DNA from: Candidatus Micrarchaeia archaeon
Lineage (GTDB): Archaea; Micrarchaeota; Micrarchaeia; Micrarchaeales; CABMGC01
Length of the DNA stretch: 64,000 nucleotides
Direction: 5' to 3'
Assembly: GCA_049964835.1 (NCBI GenBank)
Contig: JBMFWW010000001.1
Location: 131,589 to 195,588, forward strand
Part shown: positions 18,656-27,771 of the stretch, one piece after another
Position numbering within the stretch: the stretch's first letter is position 1
Layout of the letters: each line of letters starts with the position of its first letter
Translations under genes and position numbers: made by a program
The notes under the pieces: model-generated
What the model was told of the DNA's origin: nothing
The model's database searches: none
What the model saw: only the letters and a program-made list of their open reading frames with translations

Positions 18656-21600
18656 TCATCTTCTTTTGTCTTTATTCTTCTTTCTTCTTTTTGCAATTAT
18701 GAAGAAAATAATTATCACTATTATTATGATAAATATTGTTACATAACCTGTAGGTTTTGATATAGCAGAGATAGTTGCTGAGATAGCATTGTTTAAAGAA
18801 CCAGACTCAATCTTCAAAGAGGTCTGATTAGTTGTGTTTATTTGTTGCTGTGGTGTTGTATTTTGAGAAGTAGTTGTTGTGTTTACTACTTGGGTTGTGG
18901 TTGTTGCAAATGCAGTTGTTTTTGTTGTTGATTGTACTATGGTTGTACTTGTTGCTGTGCTCTGAGCTGTGGTTGTAATTTTGGTCGTTGTCGTACTTTT
19001 AGTTGTGGTAGTGTTTTGTGAAGTCGTATTTTTGTAATCAACAATCAATTCCTGCGAGTATGTATTTGTACTTTTTCCACATGCGTAATTAAATCCTAGT
19101 CCTTGCACATCATTTGTATAAATATAAATTGTATTTGCCATAGAAACTGTGCATGCAAATGTAACAGAAATTCCAGGTGATGATGTTGTATAAGTCGCAG
19201 GCAATTGGTTTTGGTAATAATTTTGAGATCCTACTGTAAATACAGGTTCTGCAGAGTTAAAGTCTGAGTTAATATTATCCGAAAGCTTGAAAGAATATGA
19301 TGGATTTCCTCCGCCATTATTGGGTTGTTGTATTTGTGGGATGGTTATTTTTGCTGTAGTTGTGTTAAGGGTAGTAGGATATGAATCTGTTGCGTATAAT
19401 TTAAAGTAATACGTTCCTGTTAATGTGTTTGCTGTTGTAATAAAGTTTGCAGATAATGATTGTGCTTCTCCAGATATTATTCCTACTTTAAGAAGAGTAT
19501 TTGCTTCAATTGCATTTGCTGCTGTTGGTATCGGATTAGTTACATTAGATACATACCATTGGTAAGTATAAGGGCTTAATCCACCAACTAATCCATTATC
19601 ATTTATAACTGCACTCTGTCCTAATGTAATACTCTGTGAAATTGGGTATAATTGCGATATTTCTGGCGGTGTATATTGTGTTGGAGTAGGTAATATATTA
19701 TTTGGCGGAGGTACACGTACTCTCGCAAATTCTATAAATGAATTCGTAGGTGTGCTTCCTGTGTTACCAAAGTCATCTCCTATATATAGGGTATTTGATG
19801 AAGAAAGTGGATTAATATTCTCTATTCCATTATATCCACCAGAATATAATGTTGGCGATATATAACCAGAAAAAGATGTGCCTGAAACTCCTGAAAAGTA
19901 TAAAGAATAATAATAAGGGACTGTAGAAACAGAACCTTGTTGATCATTTCCGTTTGAATATGATCCGGAGTTTTTGTATGCCAATGCGAATGCACTTCCT
20001 GACCATCCGGATTGTACTCCTTCTGCATTATTAGCACCAGTTGAGGTATTCCAATTTTGCAGATCTATACTTGCAAGATTTACGCCATTGTAATTATTTA
20101 TAACCGCAGCATCAAGCGTAGCAGGTTGTGTAGGTGTACCTTTATTATATGCAAAAGAAAAGCAAGGGAAACTACAGGATCCTACTATATTTATGGCATT
20201 TACTGTGTCTGAACCTATTCTGACTCCTGTTGCTTGAGAAATAGTAAATCCAGTCCCTACTGTAAAGTCAGACAAAGGAGTATCTCCATTGAAATATATT
20301 TCAAATACATTAGCTCCATTATCATACTGGGCATAATTTTGACTTAGATATGGCGCTTCTCCCGTGAAATTACCATCTATAAGCCCATTAGAAGTACTTC
20401 CAAATCCTAAATAAATTGTTGCGTGTGTTGGAGTGCCTATATCCGGTCCAAGAAATGTATTCGAAGGAGGCGTTTTAACCCAAAACACCACATTATTAGT
20501 TTTATATAATTGATTTGAAGGCGATTGTTGATCAATAATGTTTCCTTCAAGCCATGAATATGCTATTGTTCCATTGGAGAAATAAAATACGGTATTGTTT
20601 AGTGTGTTGCTTTCAATAGCGGTGTTCTGCAAAGCATTAAAGTTTATCATTACTGGAGTGTTTGCCGAAAAACCTTCAGGTTGGTCATTAGTAAGTGCAT
20701 AGTCTATCGAAGTTAATATGGGGACTCTTTTAATAACTACCGTATTCGAGATGACGCTTGAAGTTGTATCATTTGTATAAAGTGTGCTATATCCTAAAGG
20801 TAGTGCGTTGTATGGTAATGTTATTGTTGTTGTCCCAGAAGCAAGAACATTTCCATTGGAATTTTCTATTTCACAAGTATCTCCACTTGCACATGTTGCA
20901 GTTATAAGAGCATTGTCTGATGCAGAACCTACCACAACATCTATTGCATCAGATGTGATTGTATTTGATAATGTTATGCTTGGTATTGGGTAGATAAGAG
21001 ATGCCATTATACCATTTGGCGGATAAGCACGAGTGCGAACCCATTGAAAAAATGAGTTATCATTACTATCATATAAAGTAATATAAGGATATGAAGCACC
21101 TTCACTTCCTATTTGTGTGTAATTTTCATAAAAATAGCTATTAGAAGATGTTGAAAATAAAGAAAATACATAAAATCTATTCAAAGAAGCTGTGCCGGTT
21201 GCGGTTTTGCTAGAACTATATTGAAATTCATTTCCTGCGGTATTAATTCCTACGCCTGTATAACCATTTATTGTGGAGGGATCACTTCCAGTAGCTAGTA
21301 ATATGCCCCATGTTACAGATCCAGATGAAAGTTCTTGCGCATCTGTTTCAATAATTATTGGATTTGTAATGACTGTGTTATATCCTAATGGCCAGTCTGG
21401 CGGAGCACTGGGAGCTTCCATAGTAATTCCATTATCTTGAGTTACTGTTGGTTGATAATTTACCCAACCATTAGGTAAAACATTTCCAGCAAAATTCCAA
21501 TAATTCATAAATACATTCGCACCATTATCATATTCTGCATAACTTGGTGAAAGCTGTGGTGCTTCACCTGTGGTTTGAGCATTAAATAGACTGTTTGATG

Positions 21601-21994
21601 TTGGTGCAAAACCCATATAAATTGTATTTGTGGTATTTGCAGCTAAGAAGGCGTTTGCCGGAATTATTCTAAGCCAATAAATTGTATTTGTAGATGTATA
21701 TAAGCTATTAGAATTTGCTTCATTTGTCACATTTCCTTCAAGCCAGCTTGGTATTATCGTTCCATTTGAATAGAAGAACTCTATGTTTTGAAGATTTGGT
21801 GCTTCATAATTTTTATACTCTAAAGAATTTACGGATATCATTATCTGTGAGTTATAAGTAAATGCTGAACTTTGTGCGTTGTATAAATGCAATGCTTTAT
21901 AGCTAATAATAGAGTTCGGAGTAGAAACTGCTCCAACTCCTGCAATTGACAGCGCAAATACAGTCATTATCAATATTGAATAGTGGTCTTTCAT
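18656..21994 (-). CDS. large S-layer-like surface glycoprotein with duplicated N-terminal module, Thr-rich stalk and C-terminal anchor
   Basis: 1112 aa. Signal peptide, then two copies of a roughly 130-aa module (F[FY]SNGTI..SWLEGN ... GEAP.LS..YA.YDNGANVF) resembling DUF2341-type lectin-like domains. A poly-Thr region, a TM helix and a KRRKKNKDKRR tail follow. Confidence 0.7.
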   Translation of the reverse strand: MKDHYSILIMTVFALSIAGVGAVSTPNSIISYKALHLYNAQSSAFTYNSQIMISVNSLEYKNYEAPNLQNIEFFYSNGTIIPSWLEGNVTNEANSNSLYTSTNTIYWLRIIPANAFLAANTTNTIYMGFAPTSNSLFNAQTTGEAPQLSPSYAEYDNGANVFMNYWNFAGNVLPNGWVNYQPTVTQDNGITMEAPSAPPDWPLGYNTVITNPIIIETDAQELSSGSVTWGILLATGSDPSTINGYTGVGINTAGNEFQYSSSKTATGTASLNRFYVFSLFSTSSNSYFYENYTQIGSEGASYPYITLYDSNDNSFFQWVRTRAYPPNGIMASLIYPIPSITLSNTITSDAIDVVVGSASDNALITATCASGDTCEIENSNGNVLASGTTTITLPYNALPLGYSTLYTNDTTSSVISNTVVIKRVPILTSIDYALTNDQPEGFSANTPVMINFNALQNTAIESNTLNNTVFYFSNGTIAYSWLEGNIIDQQSPSNQLYKTNNVVFWVKTPPSNTFLGPDIGTPTHATIYLGFGSTSNGLIDGNFTGEAPYLSQNYAQYDNGANVFEIYFNGDTPLSDFTVGTGFTISQATGVRIGSDTVNAINIVGSCSFPCFSFAYNKGTPTQPATLDAAVINNYNGVNLASIDLQNWNTSTGANNAEGVQSGWSGSAFALAYKNSGSYSNGNDQQGSVSTVPYYYSLYFSGVSGTSFSGYISPTLYSGGYNGIENINPLSSSNTLYIGDDFGNTGSTPTNSFIEFARVRVPPPNNILPTPTQYTPPEISQLYPISQSITLGQSAVINDNGLVGGLSPYTYQWYVSNVTNPIPTAANAIEANTLLKVGIISGEAQSLSANFITTANTLTGTYYFKLYATDSYPTTLNTTTAKITIPQIQQPNNGGGNPSYSFKLSDNINSDFNSAEPVFTVGSQNYYQNQLPATYTTSSPGISVTFACTVSMANTIYIYTNDVQGLGFNYACGKSTNTYSQELIVDYKNTTSQNTTTTKSTTTTKITTTAQSTATSTTIVQSTTKTTAFATTTTQVVNTTTTSQNTTPQQQINTTNQTSLKIESGSLNNAISATISAISKPTGYVTIFIIIIVIIIFFIIAKRRKKNKDKRR

Positions 21995-22048
21995 GCTTAC
22001 TTATTTATAAGTAGTAATATAAACGTTTTGATATAACGGGCTTTGTTT

Positions 22049-22088
22049 AAAAACTCCAAATCTGTCCAAAAACTCCCTATTCTGTCCA
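22049..22088. promoter_or_regulatory. tandem direct repeat in a divergent promoter region
   Basis: AAAAACTCCAAATCTGTCCA immediately followed by AAAAACTCCCTATTCTGTCCA, between the divergent starts at 21994 (-) and 22181 (+). Confidence 0.3.
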
Positions 22089-22180
22089 TAAAGTGTCTAA
22101 AAAGTCAGCTTCCTTTTTATTAAGTTTAAAACTGTTGATTTGATGCGAAAGTTTTTAAATATAAACATCTTAAATCTTGT

Positions 22181-22570
22181 ATGGGAGATAGAGAAAACAA
22201 GGGTATTTTCAAAACGGTTATGTATTGTATAAACCAGATTATACAAAAACAGCATGAGAAAAAACAGAATTGGAAACCTTCTTCAATTTATGAACCATTA
22301 AGGGTAATGAGTAGTATAGATGATAAAGGGGAAGTAATAGAAGCTGTTCTTGAAAAAGTGCTAAGATATACTTATTGGAGTAGCATGTCAGGTCTTGAAG
22401 ATAAAAAAGAAAATTATGTTACTGTGAGTTGCATAATAACAAATCAAAAAGACAATGTTAAACTAACAATAAAACAGGATAATATAAAAACAAAAGAATC
22501 TAAGGAACATGCAGAAAAGAGTTGGAGCACAGTTGGAGAGAAATTTAAAGAGATAGCAGAAAAAATATAA
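22181..22570 (+). CDS. hypothetical protein
   Basis: 129-aa ORF upstream of the aIF-2B-family gene. No recognisable motif. Confidence 0.4.
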   Translation: MGDRENKGIFKTVMYCINQIIQKQHEKKQNWKPSSIYEPLRVMSSIDDKGEVIEAVLEKVLRYTYWSSMSGLEDKKENYVTVSCIITNQKDNVKLTIKQDNIKTKESKEHAEKSWSTVGEKFKEIAEKI

Positions 22571-22589
22571 GTACCAAAAGGCATCATAG

Positions 22590-23690
22590 ATGGGAATATA
22601 TACAACTATAAATCCGATACGATGGGACGATTCAAAAGAAGAGATAGTATGGCTTGACAACTCACAGATTCCGTGGCATGAAGTTTATAATTCTACAAAA
22701 GACCTTTCAAGATTGATAAGTGCAATAAACTCACTTGAGATAAGAGGGGCTCCAATTCTAGGTGAAGCTGGAGCATATGGAGTTGCTATGATAGCAAATA
22801 ATTCTTCAAACTCCAAATCAGAACTCCTTAAAAATGTAGAATTATTAGGAAATCAGCTTGCTCAGGCAAGGCCTACAGCAGTAAATTTAAGCTGGGGCGT
22901 CAAACAAGTACAAGAAGCTATTAAAAAGAATGCTGCTTTTGGGTTATCTTGTGAAGAGATAAAGGAGAAGGCAATAGCACTAGCTAAGGATATACAAAAA
23001 ACAAACATTCAAGCTACTTACGAGATAGGTAAACATGGAGCTAAGCTAATCCACGATGGCGATGTTCTTGTAACTGTGTGCAATGCAGGTACATTAGCTT
23101 GCGACGGCTTAGGAACATCAACAGCCCCAATGCGCGTTGCAGCATCTAAAGGCGTAAAGTTTAAGGTACTGACCACATATACTGCACCACTATATCAGGG
23201 CGCCAGATTAACAGCTTGGGAGCTTCATAAAGACAATATACCTGTACAAGTAATAACTGATAATATGGCTGCTCATTTAATGCGTGAAGAGAAGGCAACA
23301 GCAGTTTGGGCAGGAGCAGATAGAATAATTGGAAATAATACTAAGGAAAGCGGAGCAGTTTATAATAAGATAGGAACTTTTAGTCTTTCATTAATCGCAA
23401 AGGAACTTAAAATTAAGATGTATGTTGCTGCTCCTACATCGACTTTAGATCCTATCAGTACAATAAAAAGTGTAAAAATCGAACAAAGAAATCCTGAAGA
23501 AGTTTTTGTGTTACTTGGAGGCACAAAAGTAGTTCCCAAAGGTGTTGATGTTCTAAATCCAGCATTTGATATGACTCCTCCAAAGTACGTTTCTGCTATA
23601 ATCACAGAACTTGGTATTGCAAAGAGGCCGTATAATATATCCTTACCAACTTTATTATCAAATAAAAAGAGCATGATATCATTAAAATAA
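22590..23690 (+). CDS. aIF-2B alpha/beta/delta family isomerase (methylthioribose-1-phosphate or ribose-1,5-bisphosphate isomerase-like)
   Basis: 366 aa. N-terminal W.D....WLDNSQIP and EIRGAPILGEAGAYG motifs of the MtnA/aIF-2BI family. Confidence 0.85.
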   Translation: MGIYTTINPIRWDDSKEEIVWLDNSQIPWHEVYNSTKDLSRLISAINSLEIRGAPILGEAGAYGVAMIANNSSNSKSELLKNVELLGNQLAQARPTAVNLSWGVKQVQEAIKKNAAFGLSCEEIKEKAIALAKDIQKTNIQATYEIGKHGAKLIHDGDVLVTVCNAGTLACDGLGTSTAPMRVAASKGVKFKVLTTYTAPLYQGARLTAWELHKDNIPVQVITDNMAAHLMREEKATAVWAGADRIIGNNTKESGAVYNKIGTFSLSLIAKELKIKMYVAAPTSTLDPISTIKSVKIEQRNPEEVFVLLGGTKVVPKGVDVLNPAFDMTPPKYVSAIITELGIAKRPYNISLPTLLSNKKSMISLK

Positions 23691-23774
23691 TAACCTAAAT
23701 ACTAAAGCTCGTATAATTGAAGAAAGTAAAGAAAGGTATTTAATTTATCTAGTCGTATATAACTTGGTATTTTT

Positions 23775-24287
23775 ATGAAATCTACATATCTGATTGGTGT
23801 TACAATAATCATTATACTTATAATAATTGCTGCAGTATACTTTCTTTATTTGGTTCCTTCTCAAACAGTTCAGAAAGGGGATATTGTTTCCGTATATTAT
23901 ACTGGAAGTTTCACTAATGGAACCATATTTAATTCTAATGTAGGCCAACAACCGTTTAACTTTACCGTAGGTTCAAATGAAACCATAGTCGGATTTGACA
24001 ATGCTGTACTTGGAATGTCTTTAAATGAAAATAAAACCGTTACCCTACCTCCTAGTGAAGCTTATGGTTATGAAAATCCAAGTCTTATTGTTTCAGTTCC
24101 TTTATCTGATTTTGGCAATAAAACTATAAGTGTGGGCTCTGTAATAACAGAGAGATCAACAACAGGTCAGCAAAATAATGGAGTTGTAATATCTGTAAAT
24201 AAAACATACGCAAAAATCAACTTTAATTCACCACTTGCAGGACAAACATTAGTCTTTACAATACGTGTTGTAGGAATAAAAAGTTAG
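23775..24287 (+). CDS. membrane-anchored FKBP-type peptidyl-prolyl isomerase
   Basis: N-terminal TM helix, then GDIVSVYYTGSFTNGTIF.S......F.VG....I.GFD.AVLGM, the FKBP core. Confidence 0.8.
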   Translation: MKSTYLIGVTIIIILIIIAAVYFLYLVPSQTVQKGDIVSVYYTGSFTNGTIFNSNVGQQPFNFTVGSNETIVGFDNAVLGMSLNENKTVTLPPSEAYGYENPSLIVSVPLSDFGNKTISVGSVITERSTTGQQNNGVVISVNKTYAKINFNSPLAGQTLVFTIRVVGIKS

Positions 24288-24362
24288 AGCGTTAATAGAT
24301 AAACTTTAAAAATAAAAAAAGAAAAAATAAGAATAAAAAAGGAGTTGTTTTAAATTAAATAT

Positions 24363-24503
24363 TCACTTTCCACCAATCTTGAACATTTTTGTTCCACATG
24401 AAGAACATGTTCCTGTCATTGCCTTCTTACCATTCTTCATGGTAACTTCCTTTGCTCCTTTCATTTCACTTTTTGCTTTGCATTTAACACAATATGCTTC
24501 CAT
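24363..24503 (-). CDS. small zinc-ribbon protein (DUF5679-like), 46 aa
   Basis: My own translation: MEAYCVKCKAKSEMKGAKEVTMKNGKKAMTGTCSSCGTKMFKIGGK, with two CxxC pairs. It lies antisense to the listed ORF 24379..24573, which looks spurious. Confidence 0.6.
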   Translation of the reverse strand: MEAYCVKCKAKSEMKGAKEVTMKNGKKAMTGTCSSCGTKMFKIGGK

Positions 24504-24577
24504 ATTATCTCCATATAGTATAAGAACAGCATATTATAAAAATACTATACTTTTAAACTCAAAAAAACATTAAATAT

Positions 24578-25081
24578 TTAAATATCCCTTTTTGTCCTAA
24601 TAATATAATCAATAACTTCATTTTTTCTATCATCTAATAAAAATTCAGCCTTTATACTCTCTCCAGAAAGTACTCTTTTAAGCCAGTATTTATCATCTGA
24701 CCACATTTCATGAAAAGGGATAGCATTTCTATGAAACCATTTTGGCTTCATTTCTTCAGATTCCTTTGGAGTACCTTCCCATCTATGTATTAAAAATAGG
24801 TCAACACTTCCTGCACTTTTTGCATCATTAGGGTTATAAAATACTATATTCCCCTTATTTTCAAGTTCAGTAACTTTTACACTTATCTCCTCGAAAGTTT
24901 CTCTAATCATAGCATCTTCAGATCTTTCACTAGGTTCGAGCTTTCCCCCTATTCCATTTAATTTTCCAACTCCATATCCCCTTTTTTTTATAGCTAAAAG
25001 TACGTTATCCTCTTTAACTAAAAAACCTAAACAGTACTCCTTGTTTATCTTTGTTTTGTTTCTGTATTCAACAACATTCAT
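24578..25081 (-). CDS. NUDIX hydrolase
   Basis: Nudix box GGKLEPSERSEDAMIRETFEEISV (G-x5-E-x7-REUxEExGU). Confidence 0.85.
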   Translation of the reverse strand: MNVVEYRNKTKINKEYCLGFLVKEDNVLLAIKKRGYGVGKLNGIGGKLEPSERSEDAMIRETFEEISVKVTELENKGNIVFYNPNDAKSAGSVDLFLIHRWEGTPKESEEMKPKWFHRNAIPFHEMWSDDKYWLKRVLSGESIKAEFLLDDRKNEVIDYIIRTKRDI

Positions 25082-25215
25082 TTAAATCCCACGGCTAAAA
25101 TATATTTGTATTTTAGATATAAATGCATTATGATTGTATGTTGCTATTGCCTCTAATGGTTCTCATTGCAGTTTTCATACTGATATCTATAAGGACTATA
25201 TTTAACAAAGTAGGC

Positions 25216-25251
25216 GTAAACCCACATGCTTTAGCGGTGGGGGGATGTCAC
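25216..25251 (+). repeat. solo copy of the IS605-type terminal hairpin
   Basis: GTAAACCCACATGCTTTAGCGGTGGGGGGATGTCAC. It has the same CCCAC..TTTA..GTGGG hairpin and the same GGATGTCAC tail as 9426-9456. AAATCCCAC at 25084 also matches the left end at 8938. Confidence 0.5.
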
Positions 25252-25263
25252 TAGAATTATAAA

Positions 25264-25446
25264 TTACTCAACCGTCATTTCGTGCTCTTCAGCTTCAAAG
25301 TTTACTTTATGGTGTGTTCCATCACAAAACGGCTTTTTCTTAGAGTGTCCACATCTGCACAAAGCAAATTTTACAGCACCATCCACAGTTACAAGATTCG
25401 GTCCATTCTTAGCAGATTTTATTTTTATTTCCATATTTTCTACCAA
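25264..25446 (-). CDS. CDGSH iron-sulfur domain protein
   Basis: 60 aa, with CRCGHSKKKPFCDGTH matching the C-x-C-x2-S-x8-C-D-G-[ST]-H signature. Confidence 0.8.
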   Translation of the reverse strand: MVENMEIKIKSAKNGPNLVTVDGAVKFALCRCGHSKKKPFCDGTHHKVNFEAEEHEMTVE

Positions 25447-25471
25447 TTATATATAACACAATAACTTATTA

Positions 25472-25861
25472 TTACTTAATTAAATTAAATATCAATGGTA
25501 TTACAAATATTGCAAAGAACAAATCAAGTAAAACTATTGTCGTTATAAATACATACAATCTGTTTTTTTGATTTCCAAAGTAATATACAGAGTAAAGAAC
25601 TCTTATTACTGGTGTAGCTATTAGAACCATCAAGCCTAAAACTATGTATGAGAGGCCATCAAGAGAAAATAGGCCATAAAATATATTGTCTATGTTTATA
25701 AAACTTGTATTGATTTTAGACGTATGTGATGCTATTTGATTTAGAGAATAACCTAGCCCGCCGTTTTTTGCAAACAATAATGCCATTCCAATTAATATTA
25801 GCAGTATACTTGCAACTGAGCCAATTCTTAATATATACCCTATGCTTTTATTAGCGTCCAT
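25472..25861 (-). CDS. DUF1634-like membrane protein
   Basis: 129 aa, three TM helices, immediately downstream of and abutting the TauE/SafE gene. This pairing is known. Confidence 0.55.
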   Translation of the reverse strand: MDANKSIGYILRIGSVASILLILIGMALLFAKNGGLGYSLNQIASHTSKINTSFINIDNIFYGLFSLDGLSYIVLGLMVLIATPVIRVLYSVYYFGNQKNRLYVFITTIVLLDLFFAIFVIPLIFNLIK

Positions 25862-26719
25862 TTATATAACACCAATTCCTCTTAAAATCATCTGTACTCC
25901 TAAAATCAATATGACAATAACAAATAGCTCTCTAACAAAATTATTCTTTTCTTTATTTAGAAACTTAGAGCCAAAATAACTGCCAGTAAGTACACCTATT
26001 GCTGCAGCTCCTGCTATAAAAGGCTGCATGTATCCAAACTCCCAATATATCGCAGTTCCAGCAGCTGCAGTTACACCTATCATAAAATCACTTGTAGCAG
26101 CACTAACTTTTGGAGGCAGTTTCATCATATCATCTAAACTTAACACTTTAAGTGCACCCGATCCAACTCCAAGCAGTCCAGAGATTAAACCTGCAAATAA
26201 CATTATTAATTCTGAGTACCACCATCTTACACCATAATACTTTATTCTTTTTTTGAGCTGCTCGTCATAATAGGAGCCGTTCAATTGGAAAAGTTTGGTA
26301 GTTTTATCCGGTTTTATATTGATACTTTTCTTTTTTCTCATTAATTTTTTCATTGATGGATATATGGAGAAGATAAGTACTACTCCAAAAAGTATGAATA
26401 TTACTGAAAGATCCTTTGCCTTGTAAATTTGCGTTGCTATTAATACCCCAACTATGGCTCCTATTGTCGTTCCAACCTCTAAAGACATACCTATCTTAAT
26501 ATTAGTTATTTTATCTTTAACATAGGCACTAGCCGCACCGCTAGATGTAGCTATTGACGCTATAAGACTTGCTCCAGCAGCGTAGTATATAGGTATTCCA
26601 AAACCAAGAACCAGTAGTGGTGTTAAGATTACTGCCCCTCCAAGGCCCGTAAGTGAACCAATAAGCCCGGCAGCGATTCCTCCTATAATTATTAGCAAAA
26701 AGAATAATATTGGTAGCAT
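25862..26719 (-). CDS. TauE/SafE (DUF81) family anion exporter
   Basis: 285 aa, polytopic, Gly-rich repeated halves (GLIGSLTGLGGAV ... GLLGVGSGAL). Confidence 0.8.
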   Translation of the reverse strand: MLPILFFLLIIIGGIAAGLIGSLTGLGGAVILTPLLVLGFGIPIYYAAGASLIASIATSSGAASAYVKDKITNIKIGMSLEVGTTIGAIVGVLIATQIYKAKDLSVIFILFGVVLIFSIYPSMKKLMRKKKSINIKPDKTTKLFQLNGSYYDEQLKKRIKYYGVRWWYSELIMLFAGLISGLLGVGSGALKVLSLDDMMKLPPKVSAATSDFMIGVTAAAGTAIYWEFGYMQPFIAGAAAIGVLTGSYFGSKFLNKEKNNFVRELFVIVILILGVQMILRGIGVI

Positions 26720-26758
26720 TACGATCTAACTTTAATATGCTGATAATTAATAAATAAA

Positions 26759-27070
26759 CTACCTATTTTTATTTTCTTCAAGTATCTCCCCAAAACTTCT
26801 ACAAAAATACTCTGTAGTTTTATGTACCTCCTTTATTCCTATGCTAGTGAGTTTATAAATAATTATTTTATTTGTTTTTTTCCCTATTATTAATCCATTA
26901 TCACTAAGTTCTTTAAGTGCAGGATAAATTGTACTCGGCTTTGGCTTTTCTCCTCTTCTTTTACCTATTTCTTCAGCTATCTCATCCCCATACATTTCTT
27001 TTTTTGAGAGTAACCAAAGTATCTGGAAGGATAGCAATCCTTTCATGTTGCACCCTTTCGAAGTTTTCAT
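26759..27070 (-). CDS. PadR-family transcriptional regulator
   Basis: Winged-helix pattern ILWLLSKKEMYGDEIAEEI....G.KPKPSTIYPALKELSDNGLI. Confidence 0.75.
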   Translation of the reverse strand: MKTSKGCNMKGLLSFQILWLLSKKEMYGDEIAEEIGKRRGEKPKPSTIYPALKELSDNGLIIGKKTNKIIIYKLTSIGIKEVHKTTEYFCRSFGEILEENKNR

Positions 27071-27195
27071 AAATACATCTTATATTATTTTATTAAATTT
27101 ACTTTATACTTATTAAAGTTTTGTTTATCTTATTATATATTTGATATCCTATAAATATAATAACTAATATATGATATCATATATAAGGTGTGAAT

Positions 27196-27276
27196 ATGAA
27201 TGGAAATGGATGCTGTTGTTACGGCACAGATTTGAATGGAACGAGAAGCTTCCTTACAAAAGAAGGGCTTTGCTAA
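27196..27276 (+). pseudogene. 5' part of a small DUF5320-like gene, interrupted by the IS-derived element
   Basis: MNGNGCCCYGTDLNGTRSFLTKE, then 3 element-derived codons and a stop. AAGGTG lies 6 nt upstream of the ATG. The frame continues at 29661 once the element is removed. Confidence 0.65.
27256..27265. repeat. target-site duplication, left copy (ACAAAAGAAG)
   Basis: Identical 10-mer at 29651-29660, directly abutting the opposite inverted-repeat terminus. Confidence 0.7.
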
Positions 27277-27330
27277 ATAATTATCATTTTTGCATGAATA
27301 TTTTAGCACACTCTACTATTTATTAGCAGA
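27267..27330. repeat. 64-bp direct repeat, copy 1 (IS end including the transposase stop codon)
   Basis: Matches 29567-29630 at 63 of 64 positions (the mismatch is at 27301/29601). The offset is exactly 2300 bp. Confidence 0.9.
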
Positions 27331-27700
27331 CCAGGTTTTATCTTCAATTCATACATAGAATTTATTAGGACGGTTATGTTGTAAGCTATAAGTTTACACA
27401 ATACTTCGTTGGTCTGCGATACAAATTTCTTGCTTTTTAGGCAGTCACCAAACTTCACCTTTATTGCAAAGAATGTGGTTTCTACATTGCTTCTTGTATG
27501 GTAGTGGTTGGTATTTATTACCTCTTTAAAGGGATTTACTATTACGTAAAATCCATGAAGATAAAATTAACGTCTACAAAATAAGGACTCACATCTAAAA
27601 GCAGATAGATGAACTGGCGTAGATTGTACTATGACATTTTTACAATTTACTGCTTTGTATATCATCGGCGAATTTGCCAATTTGCAGGCATCACGCTCAG
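27303..27700 (-). pseudogene. DDE transposase remnant (C-terminal about 87 aa in frame, upstream part frameshifted, N-terminal half absent)
   Basis: FYLHGFYVIVNPFKEVINTNHYHTRSNVETTFFAIKVKFGDCLKSKKFVSQTNEVLCKLIAYNITVLINSMYELKIKPGLLINSRVC*. It contains Y-x2-R-x3-E-x6-K (YHTRSNVETTFFAIK). Confidence 0.7.
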
Positions 27701-27771
27701 GGCTTATTCAAATTACTATCAAATGATGCTAAGGAAAATTTTGCAGTAAAGGCCTTTCTAATTTTTATATT

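Noticed and set aside
24379-24573. 64-aa plus-strand ORF.
   Set aside because: It lies antisense to a well-formed zinc-ribbon micro-gene. Its own translation is a low-complexity hydrophobic string with no start context.
27196-27276. The Cys-rich peptide MNGNGCCCYGTDLNGTRSFLTKEGLC as the true substrate of the nearby radical SAM enzyme.
   Set aside because: It is on the opposite strand and outside the element. Its last three codons and stop come from the IS terminus, and it is clearly the 5' half of a longer gene restored by removing the element. The 37-aa ORF abutting the rSAM gene is the better candidate.
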